Shown here: one piece after another, positions 9,793 to 17,868 of the stretch
Position numbering within the stretch: position 1 is the stretch's first letter
Layout: the number at the start of each line of letters is the position of its first letter
DNA from: Bacteroidales bacterium
GTDB lineage: Bacteria > Bacteroidota > Bacteroidia > Bacteroidales > JAAYJT01
Assembly: GCA_012522795.1 (NCBI GenBank)
Contig: JAAYJT010000029.1
Span: 67,525 to 131,524 of the forward strand
DNA: 64,000 nucleotides
Direction of reading: 5' to 3'
Program-made: the position numbers and the translations under genes
The notes under the pieces: generated by a model
What the model was told of the DNA's origin: nothing
The model's database searches: none
The model's input: the letters and a program-made list of their open reading frames with translations, nothing else

Positions 9793-10527
9793 ATGAAAGA
9801 GTTGCCTGACAATTCTGTTCACTTAATGATTACTTCGCCACCTTACAATGTTTCGAAAGAATATGACGAAGATTTATCACTAAAAGAGCATTTACAACTT
9901 TTAGAAAACTCATTTAAAGAAACATACAGAGTTTTAGTGAACGGTGGACGGGCTTGTATAAATGTAGCCAACCTTTGAAGAAAACCATACATACCAATTT
10001 CTGACTATATTTCCAAAATGATGATAGAAATTGGTTTTAATATGCGTGGAGAAATTATTTGGAATAAGGCAGCAAGTGCAAGTCCATCAACAGCTTGGGG
10101 TAGTTGGCAAAGTGCAGCGAACCCAATTTTAAGAGACATACACGAATATATTTTGGTTTTCTCAAAAGGCGACTATAAAAGGGAAAAAGGAAAAAAAGAA
10201 AATTCCATAACCAAAGAACAGTTTATGGAATGGACAAAATCAATATGGACAATGAACGCAGAAAGTGCAAGAAGAATTGGACACCCTGCACCATTTCCAG
10301 AAGAACTACCTTACAGACTAATTCAACTTTATTCGTTTAAAGGAGACATAATCCTTGACCCTTTTTTGGGAAGCGGAACAACGGCAGTTTCGGCACTTAA
10401 ATCCGAAAGAAAATTTGTAGGATACGACATTTCGCAAGAATATATTGACTTAGCAGAAAGGAGATTAAAACCATTTTTAAAACAGACAAGTCTAAAGTTT
10501 ACGAAAGTTGAAATTGACGAAGAATAA
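9793..10527 (+). pseudogene. Beta-class (SPPY ... FLGSGTT) N4-C/N6-A DNA methyltransferase interrupted by an in-frame TGA at 9976-9978
   Basis: LMITSPPYNV (motif IV) lies N-terminal to ILDPFLGSGTTAV (motif I). ORFs 9793-9978 and 10018-10527 are in the same frame, and codons 9979-10017 (RKPYIPISDYISK) are open. Confidence 0.8.
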
Positions 10528-10878
10528 AACCACTGTCTATAATAATAAGGGCTTAAACTCAATGCATTTTACGGAGTTGCGTTTTAAGTTCCGAAATCTG
10601 TCAGAATTGATCTGAGGCTTCGGCATTGGCAACCAGCAGACAGAATTGCTACCTTCCGTACTGCTATAAGCCCCGACATGTTAGAACAGCACAAAATGTT
10701 TTACGACTTTCATAAAAGAGCTGAACGGCCTTAAGGCCAAATTGATTGCTTTACGAGACCGAAAGTGCAACGCATAATTGAATCGCAGAATTCCCCGCTG
10801 TTTCAATTTTTATTAATCAGCGTTTAAACCAAATTGCTATATTCTGCGTTACATTGTTAAAATTAACATTTATTGATT

Positions 10879-12744
10879 ATGGATCAGAAAACTATTATAG
10901 ATTTTTTAAATAAGATCGAACTTTTTCGTGGACTCGATGATGCTGAATTTGAGATACTTGCAGAAAATTTAGCAGTAAAGGATTTTAATGCCGGTGTAAG
11001 ATTGTTTTCAGAAAACAGTCCCCGTGAATGTATCTTCATGATTTATGATGGTGAAGTTGAGCTTTTAAAAAAAGCTCCCTCAGGTGCTGAGATCATTCTT
11101 TCTTATTTCGGGCGTTTCGACTTTCTGGGCGAAGGCTCTCTTACTGATGATTCACCACATTCAACATCAGCACGTTCAAGAACCAAAACAACAGTGTTGT
11201 GTCTTGAAAAAGTATTCTTTGCAACTCATGGTCCCGTAGCCCTGAAGATCTTCTCAAATATTGCAAGAGTCATCTCCAGACGAATGAGGCAAACCAATGC
11301 CAAAGCAGTAAGTTCATCAGCTCAGTACGAATCGGGTCGTACACGCATAGAACATGATATGCTGGGCGAACGCAATGTTCCATATGAATATTATTATGGG
11401 ATTCAAACCCTGAGAGCGCTTGAAAACTTCAATATCACGGGTGTAACTCTTAACTTTTATCCTGCTCTTGCAGAAGCTCTTGCAATGGTTAAACTTGCTG
11501 CAGCCAAAGCCAATGCCGATCTGGGGCTATTGTCGCGTACTGTTGCCGATGCAATTGGTACAGCATGTAATGAGATCATCAACGGAAAATATATTTATCA
11601 TTTTGTTGTTGATATGATGCAGGGCGGTGCCGGCACATCAACCAACATGAATGCCAATGAAGTGATTGCCAACCGTGCTCTGGAGATTATGGGATATGAA
11701 AAGGGGCAATATGAACACTGCCATCCCAATAATCATGTGAACCTTTCGCAATCACCCAACGACGCTTACCCTACTGCTGTGAAAATAGCTCTTATGAACA
11801 GCAATGAACGTCTGGTTCTTGTTCTAAAGGATCTCGTCAGCGCATTCAGGAAAAAAGCTGAAGAGTTTGCTCATATAATAAAAATGGGACGTACTCAATT
11901 ACAGGATGCCGTTCCAATGACCCTGGGTCAAAGTTTCGAAGCTTATGCCGTAACTCTTGAAGAAGAAGTGGAAAGACTTATTGAGAATTCTCATCTTTTC
12001 CTGGAAGTAAATATGGGAGGAACTGCAATCGGAACCGGTATCAATGCCGAACCGGGTTATAGCGAACGGGTCATACAGCATCTACGCAGGATAACCGGAA
12101 TGAATATGGTACTGGCATCCAATCTGGTGGAGGCTACACAGGACACAGGTGCCTTTGTAATGTATTCTTCGGCTATAAAAAGGCTTGCAGTAAAGCTTTC
12201 AAAAATAAGTAACGACCTTCGTCTGTTATCGTCAGGACCCCGTGCAGGTCTTAATGAAATAAACCTGCCTCCTATGCAACCAGGAAGTACCATTATGCCC
12301 GGCAAAGTCAATCCTGTTATTCCGGAAGTAGTGAACCAGATTGCTTTTAAAGTAATTGGAAATGACCTGACAGTAACCCTGGCCACTGAAGCTGGTCAGT
12401 TGGAACTTAATGTCATGGAGCCGGTTATGGTTTTCAGCCTGTTTGAATCAATTGAAATGCTTAAGAACGGAATGGAAACACTTAACCACCGTTGCATTAC
12501 AGGTATTACTGCCAATGAAAAACGATGCCGCGAAATGGTTGAGCATAGTATCGGGCTGGTAACTGCACTAAATCCATATATAGGTTATGAAGCTTCAAAC
12601 CAGTTAGCTGCCGAGGCTTTACATTCAGGACGCAGTGTTTACGATCTGGTTCTGGAAAAGAAACTGATGTCAAAAAAGGATCTGGATAATGTACTGCTAC
12701 CAGAAAACATGATCAAACCCAGAATGATTATGTCGAAGAAATAA
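10879..12744 (+). CDS. aspA: Cyclic-nucleotide-binding domain fused to aspartate ammonia-lyase
   Basis: The first ~150 aa are Crp-type cNMP-binding (IELFRGLDDAEFEIL...FGRFDFLGEGSL). The rest is aspartase (RIEHDMLGERNVPYEYYYGIQTLRALENF, GSTIMPGKVNPV signature). The ATG at 10879 is preferred over the TTG at 10873. Confidence 0.85.
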   Translation: MDQKTIIDFLNKIELFRGLDDAEFEILAENLAVKDFNAGVRLFSENSPRECIFMIYDGEVELLKKAPSGAEIILSYFGRFDFLGEGSLTDDSPHSTSARSRTKTTVLCLEKVFFATHGPVALKIFSNIARVISRRMRQTNAKAVSSSAQYESGRTRIEHDMLGERNVPYEYYYGIQTLRALENFNITGVTLNFYPALAEALAMVKLAAAKANADLGLLSRTVADAIGTACNEIINGKYIYHFVVDMMQGGAGTSTNMNANEVIANRALEIMGYEKGQYEHCHPNNHVNLSQSPNDAYPTAVKIALMNSNERLVLVLKDLVSAFRKKAEEFAHIIKMGRTQLQDAVPMTLGQSFEAYAVTLEEEVERLIENSHLFLEVNMGGTAIGTGINAEPGYSERVIQHLRRITGMNMVLASNLVEATQDTGAFVMYSSAIKRLAVKLSKISNDLRLLSSGPRAGLNEINLPPMQPGSTIMPGKVNPVIPEVVNQIAFKVIGNDLTVTLATEAGQLELNVMEPVMVFSLFESIEMLKNGMETLNHRCITGITANEKRCREMVEHSIGLVTALNPYIGYEASNQLAAEALHSGRSVYDLVLEKKLMSKKDLDNVLLPENMIKPRMIMSKK

Positions 12745-12764
12745 TCCTATTTTGAATTCTGAAC

Positions 12765-15737
12765 CTATTCGTCAGGCCTGAACACAATACCAACGTGTTT
12801 GCGCCCGTCAATCTTTACCGATAACTCATTTTTGAACCTTATATGGCGTATCAGGTCATTTTCAAATTCTGCTGTCTGACGAGATAAAAAGTCCACATTA
12901 TAAAATCCATCCTGAATGTATGGATTGATAGTGAAATATCCAACCCTGAAGGATGTGAGATTATGAAAGAAATGCGTGCCCTGGCTTGGGTCAACCCTGT
13001 AATTATCAAGACCTGATTCAACAATAACGCGGGCATTTGATATTTGCGACCATTTAACAGGTATTCCAAGCCATGAATCGCTCGAACCCCAGCGCCCGGG
13101 ACCTACAAGAATGTAATACCGTTTCTCAGTTATCATTTTCTGGTTCAACTGCTCTATCATCAAAGCCATTTCCTTGTTCCTTGCTGAATCAAACGCATCG
13201 GGTTTTACGTATATCACATCATAAATTCCATTTATAATTCCATTCCCCATAGCATTATGCGAAAACAGCAAGGTGTCTTCATAAGAAGTATCCTCAAGGC
13301 TGATATCAACTATTTCTTTGTTTTCAACAATAGGACGAATTTGCAGCAGATTGAAGATTTTAGGTTTATTAAGCGGACGATCAAGGTTCACGGCAAATTC
13401 AATCTCCACATGTTTATTCATCGCTTTATGACCCATGTCAAGGACATCGGCAAGTATTTGCGCAAGAGGGAAAACATTGTGACTCAGAATATTGCTGAAA
13501 GTAACAACACGTTTACCTTCATCAAACATGCCATCACGAAGCTGGTTTGAATGAAAATCAAGAGTAGAAGCTACAAACCGCAGGGCATTGTGACTCTCGG
13601 CTTCCGAGATACCGGGTTTAAAAATATTCACCCCGTCATCAGTACTTGGATAAAAGCTCTGAGGGTCGAGGTCAAGGGCATAAAAAATATTCTGGGTTTC
13701 TTTTAAAGCCATTTTTACTGAACTCAACTGCAATACCTTTTTAGGATATTTTGGTGAGAACCTAAGGGTAACCCCTCCGTCAACAATGTATTTTCCCAAA
13801 CCATATGCAATATTGGCAATTCCGTCTTCAGGCTTTTCAGGGTCAATAGGATAGAAATTCACTGACCTGGCTACACCTGAAATAGTTGGATAAAACATTT
13901 CCTTGTATTGCTGCCCGCACACTTCCTGCAATATCACTGCCATTTTTTCTTCATCTATCACATTGGTAGTTGCACTTGTATAAGCCTTGCTGTTCTTATA
14001 AAACACCGAAGCATACACGCTTTTTATCGCAATGGAGATCATATCTATCATCAGTCGCTTGTCGTTTCGCACATTAGGTATCATATAGGTGCTATAAATA
14101 CCTGCAAACGGCTGATAATAGGAATCTTCAAGCAGACTTGACGAGCGGATCGCAATAGGGTTCTTAATTATAGATACAAAAGTTAAAAGTGCCTCATGGA
14201 TTCTCAATGGCAACCGTGCCTTTATAAAAGCCTGAAGTATTTCTTCGTCGGGAATATCGGATAAGGCTATTCTATGAAGCCTGTTTTCTTCCATGAATTC
14301 ATCGAATACGTCAGTACAGAGCACAACAGTTCGCGGAATAGTGATCAGAATATCGGGATAATCGCCAAAAACATGATTCTGCTTTATCAGACTGTCGAGA
14401 AAAGCCAGCCCACGGGCTTTTCCACCTATCGAACCATCGCCGATACGCGTAAAATTCAGATATTCATCAAAGCTTTTACGGTTAAATCTGGCAATAATAC
14501 CACGCGATTTGTTTTGACGATACAATGCAATGGCATCAAAAACAAAGTGCCGGACCTCAGTAAGGTCCTGAAAATCTTCAGGTTTTAGATCTCTGAAAAG
14601 CTCAGCCAGCGAAAACAAGGCTCTGGCTCGCAACCACTTGGAAATATGATTTCTGTATATATGATAAGTCATCGATCTGTCAGGAACTTCAAAAATCTTT
14701 TGTTGCAGGGCTTTAAGATCGGAAGCGCGGGTGATCTCTTCATGAGTATCGGGATCAACAAAAATAAAATCGCCAAAAGCAAGATATTGAATAATAAAGT
14801 TCTTTAACTCCAGTGTAAGTGTTTTTGAAAGCTTATAAATAAAGCCCACTTTCATTTCTCTTGCATACTGCTGATTTTCAATATCTGACGATTGCAGCAA
14901 CATGGGCATGAACGGATCATCAAGTTTAACTTTCTGAAACAGCTTAATGCCTGCCTGATTATCCTGAACTCCATTGCAACTATAGCTTATATCGCTGATT
15001 ATTCCCAGCAGGTTATGTTTGTATTTTTCATACATCCTGATAGCCTCTTCATAACTGGTAGCCAGAAGGATTTTAGGCCTGCCGCGCATACGAAGCATCA
15101 TCTGGTGTTCATTAAGACCTTCGGTCATAAAAGCCTGACTTTGTTTGAAAATGATTTTATATATCAAAGGCAGATAGACCGAATAAAAACGTATGGAATC
15201 TTCAACAAGCAAGATTGCCTGCACTCCTACCTCATTGATATCGTGCTCGGCATTTCGCATGTCTTCAATCAGTTTGATTATAGCCAGCAAAATATCAGAG
15301 TTCCCAAGCCATGAAAATATATAGTCAATACCACTAAGGTCGTCCTGTGCTATTTTTATTGAAACCTCACGCGAAAAAGCTGTAAGCACAACAATAGGAA
15401 TATTCGGATACTCTACTTTGATTTTTTTTGCCATATCAAATATATCCTCTCCTCCTTCGCTCAACATTGAAATAACGAGGTCAATATTTTCTTCTTTAAG
15501 TATTTGAAAAGCCTGATTACTTGAACTGGCAATAAGAAACTGAGGCGGATAACGAAGATTTAGAGATACATATTCATTGAAAATCTGTTCGTCAACTCTT
15601 CCATCACCTTCCAGAATAAATATATCGTATTCGCTTGCTATCAGAAGCACATTATAAATCCTTTTCTTCATCAGCCCGACAAATGCAGTATCTTTAAAAT
15701 GATACCTGGCTGCCATTATCCTTTTGATCTTATCCAT
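12765..15737 (-). CDS. Receiver-domain protein fused to a PEP/pyruvate-binding (PPDK_N ATP-grasp-like) domain
   Basis: Two CheY-like modules: the first has LVISML in place of the acceptor Asp, the second has LLVEDS...GIISDI. These are followed by GGKARGLAFL and a C-terminus with GPGRWGSSD...DPSQGTHFFHNL. Start placed at MDKIKRI (15737). Confidence 0.7.
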   Translation of the reverse strand: MDKIKRIMAARYHFKDTAFVGLMKKRIYNVLLIASEYDIFILEGDGRVDEQIFNEYVSLNLRYPPQFLIASSSNQAFQILKEENIDLVISMLSEGGEDIFDMAKKIKVEYPNIPIVVLTAFSREVSIKIAQDDLSGIDYIFSWLGNSDILLAIIKLIEDMRNAEHDINEVGVQAILLVEDSIRFYSVYLPLIYKIIFKQSQAFMTEGLNEHQMMLRMRGRPKILLATSYEEAIRMYEKYKHNLLGIISDISYSCNGVQDNQAGIKLFQKVKLDDPFMPMLLQSSDIENQQYAREMKVGFIYKLSKTLTLELKNFIIQYLAFGDFIFVDPDTHEEITRASDLKALQQKIFEVPDRSMTYHIYRNHISKWLRARALFSLAELFRDLKPEDFQDLTEVRHFVFDAIALYRQNKSRGIIARFNRKSFDEYLNFTRIGDGSIGGKARGLAFLDSLIKQNHVFGDYPDILITIPRTVVLCTDVFDEFMEENRLHRIALSDIPDEEILQAFIKARLPLRIHEALLTFVSIIKNPIAIRSSSLLEDSYYQPFAGIYSTYMIPNVRNDKRLMIDMISIAIKSVYASVFYKNSKAYTSATTNVIDEEKMAVILQEVCGQQYKEMFYPTISGVARSVNFYPIDPEKPEDGIANIAYGLGKYIVDGGVTLRFSPKYPKKVLQLSSVKMALKETQNIFYALDLDPQSFYPSTDDGVNIFKPGISEAESHNALRFVASTLDFHSNQLRDGMFDEGKRVVTFSNILSHNVFPLAQILADVLDMGHKAMNKHVEIEFAVNLDRPLNKPKIFNLLQIRPIVENKEIVDISLEDTSYEDTLLFSHNAMGNGIINGIYDVIYVKPDAFDSARNKEMALMIEQLNQKMITEKRYYILVGPGRWGSSDSWLGIPVKWSQISNARVIVESGLDNYRVDPSQGTHFFHNLTSFRVGYFTINPYIQDGFYNVDFLSRQTAEFENDLIRHIRFKNELSVKIDGRKHVGIVFRPDE

Positions 15738-15804
15738 ACTTTGAGTTTTAGAATACAAACCTAAGTTAAAAATGCGAAATTGTATCAAAATGGAAAAATT
15801 TTTG

Positions 15805-15812
15805 TAGTTTTG
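15805..15812 (+). promoter_or_regulatory. Candidate -7 box (TAGTTTTG) for ssrA
   Basis: TAnnTTTG match 18 nt upstream of the mature tmRNA 5' end. Confidence 0.3.
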
Positions 15813-15829
15813 CAACACAATATTCATAT

Positions 15830-16201
15830 GGGGCTGACCGGTTTTGACAGCAAGGAAGTGGTATTGTAAGCATGCCGGGTGTTGTGTGTTTACCCGTTAA
15901 CAACAATGCATACGCCAGAATAAATGGCAACAATTACAATTTCTCGTTAGCTGCTTAATCAAGAAGATTAAGTCGCTTTCTGTTTCCCGCAAAACCTCTC
16001 CAAACGGTGTTGTGGATGAAGCATCGAAAAAGTTTGGATAGAAAAAGTTTTGTTCCGGAGCTTTTTTGAAATAACAGGAACTAAGGATGAAGTAGGTTTG
16101 CCTTTCACTGGCTTTCATCCCTACAAAATATGAAAGGCTAAGCATGTAGAAAGCATTATTGCTGCTTGTTTGGACGAGGGTTCGACTCCCTCCAGCTCCA
16201 C
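15830..16201 (+). ncRNA. ssrA: tmRNA (transfer-messenger RNA)
   Basis: The 5' end GGGGCTGACCGGTTTTGACAGC pairs with the 3' end ...GGACGAGGGTTCGACTCCCTCCAGCTCCAC (T-arm plus acceptor). The internal tag frame reads ...GGC AAC AAT TAC AAT TTC TCG TTA GCT GCT TAA (15926-15958), i.e. GNNYNFSLAA-stop. Confidence 0.9.
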
Positions 16202-16238
16202 TAAAAACAATTAACCGGCTAAAAGTCCCTCCTGCGGC

Positions 16239-16745
16239 TTACACATTGTTTTCAATCTTTTCCAAAGCTATTTTAAACCACACAGTATAATTTTCAGGAT
16301 ATTTTTTTACGTCGCTGAACAATTCTTTCATGTCAATCCATTTCCATTCAGCTACCTCTTCAGTGTTGATTACAGGGTCATCATTATGATAACCAAAAAT
16401 AACATGATCGAATTCATGCTCGGTAAGACCATTATCAAATGGAGCTTTATATATGAATGAAAGTTTCCATTCCAGATCGCAATCGAAGCCCATTTCTTCC
16501 ATAAGGCGACGATGCGCAGCTTCAAGGGTGGTTTCTCCCGGACGGGGATGGCTGCAGCAGGTGTTTGTCCACAATCCCGGAGAATGATATTTATGTAAGG
16601 CACGCCTTTGCAACATAAGCTCGCCTTTGTCATTGAATATAAAAACCGAAAAAGCACGGTGAAGCAAAGCCAGTTCATGTGCCTTAAGTTTTTCCTCCAC
16701 CCCGATTGGGGTATCATCTTTATCAACCAGAATAACTCTTTCCAT
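16239..16745 (-). CDS. idi: Isopentenyl-diphosphate delta-isomerase, type 1 (Nudix)
   Basis: LHRAFSVFIFN...LMLQRRALHKYHSPGLWTNTCCSHP...EEMG pattern. Confidence 0.85.
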   Translation of the reverse strand: MERVILVDKDDTPIGVEEKLKAHELALLHRAFSVFIFNDKGELMLQRRALHKYHSPGLWTNTCCSHPRPGETTLEAAHRRLMEEMGFDCDLEWKLSFIYKAPFDNGLTEHEFDHVIFGYHNDDPVINTEEVAEWKWIDMKELFSDVKKYPENYTVWFKIALEKIENNV

Positions 16746-16843
16746 ATATTCTATCTTAATGGTTCCAAAATCTTCTCATCTGAAAGCAGCTAATTTTTCA
16801 TGTTTTTAATAATACTGCTGTCAAAATATCAGCAATTGCTGTT

Positions 16844-17803
16844 TTATTTATTTTTCCTTTTCACCACTCTCAATGCAGCCTCAACAATATCAGGTGTGTC
16901 AAGGTTGAATTTCCGCATTAGTTCTTCAGGAGTGCCACTTTCACCAAATTTATCTTTGACCGCAACCATCTCAAGTGGCTTGGGGTCATAAAGGGCAAGA
17001 GTCTGCGCAATACTGTCGCCAAGTCCTCCATTCATCTCATGCTCTTCAGCGCTTACAGCGCAACCGGTTTTCTTTACTGAGTCAAGAATAGCCTGAACAT
17101 CAAGGGGTTTGATGGTGTGAATATTAATAATCTCGGCAGTTATTCCTTTATCTTTCAGAACTTTACAAGCTTCCAGGGCTTTCCAAACCAGATGTCCGGC
17201 AGCAAAAATACTTACATCGTTCCCGGGCTGAAGCAATATTGCTTTTCCGATTATGAACTTCTGGTTTTCCGGGATAAAATTAGGGACTTTAGGTCGCCCA
17301 AAACGTAGATACACAGGTCCGGAATATTTTGAAGCTGCTATTGTTGCAGCTTTTGTCTGATTATAATCGCAGGGATTGATAACGGTCATATTGGGCAACA
17401 TTTTCATCATCCCAATATCTTCAAGCATCTGATGTGTGGCACCATCTTCGCCAAGGGTTATTCCTGCATGTGAAGCTGCAATTTTCACATTCTTGTTTGA
17501 ATAGGCAATTGACTGCCTTATCTGGTCGTACACCCGCCCTGTTGCAAAATTTGCAAATGTGGTTGCAAAAGGTATTTTACCGCCAATGGCAAGTCCGGCA
17601 GCAATTCCCATCATGTTGGCTTCCGCAATTCCTGTCTGAATAAAGCGTTCGGGAAAAGCCTCGGCAAACTCATTAAGTTTCAGTGAGCCTGTCAGGTCAG
17701 CGCAAAGAGCCACAACATCAGCATTGGTTTTTCCAAGTTCCAGCATAGCAGCTCCAAATCCTGAACGGGTATCCTTATTTCCGGTATTTATATATTGATT
17801 CAT
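16844..17803 (-). CDS. Transketolase, C-terminal (pyrimidine-binding) subunit
   Basis: FIQTGIAEANMMGIAAGLA and EDGATHQ motifs. Paired with the upstream N-terminal subunit gene. Confidence 0.9.
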   Translation of the reverse strand: MNQYINTGNKDTRSGFGAAMLELGKTNADVVALCADLTGSLKLNEFAEAFPERFIQTGIAEANMMGIAAGLAIGGKIPFATTFANFATGRVYDQIRQSIAYSNKNVKIAASHAGITLGEDGATHQMLEDIGMMKMLPNMTVINPCDYNQTKAATIAASKYSGPVYLRFGRPKVPNFIPENQKFIIGKAILLQPGNDVSIFAAGHLVWKALEACKVLKDKGITAEIINIHTIKPLDVQAILDSVKKTGCAVSAEEHEMNGGLGDSIAQTLALYDPKPLEMVAVKDKFGESGTPEELMRKFNLDTPDIVEAALRVVKRKNK

Positions 17804-17868
17804 ATAATCTCTTTTTTATATAAAAATAAAAAAGCATTGTAATCAACTGATTTACAATGCGTTACACT

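Noticed and set aside
9976-9978. In-frame TGA as a genome-wide codon reassignment (UGA to Gly/Trp) or as selenocysteine
   Set aside because: TGA, TAG and TAA all terminate well-conserved host genes at their expected lengths (for example TGA at 7793-7795 and TAG at 687-689). I see no SECIS-like hairpin immediately downstream of 9978. Local recoding or a foreign origin is kept only as a hypothesis in the findings.
15897-16145. 82-aa minus-strand ORF
   Set aside because: It lies entirely inside the tmRNA gene, whose 5'/3' acceptor pairing, T-arm and LAA tag frame are unambiguous.
15830-16745. Genomic island integrated at the tmRNA 3' end (or at tRNA-Leu, 38486-38567)
   Set aside because: No integrase is present, there is no duplicated 3' fragment of the RNA gene, and housekeeping genes (idi, tig) lie immediately adjacent.
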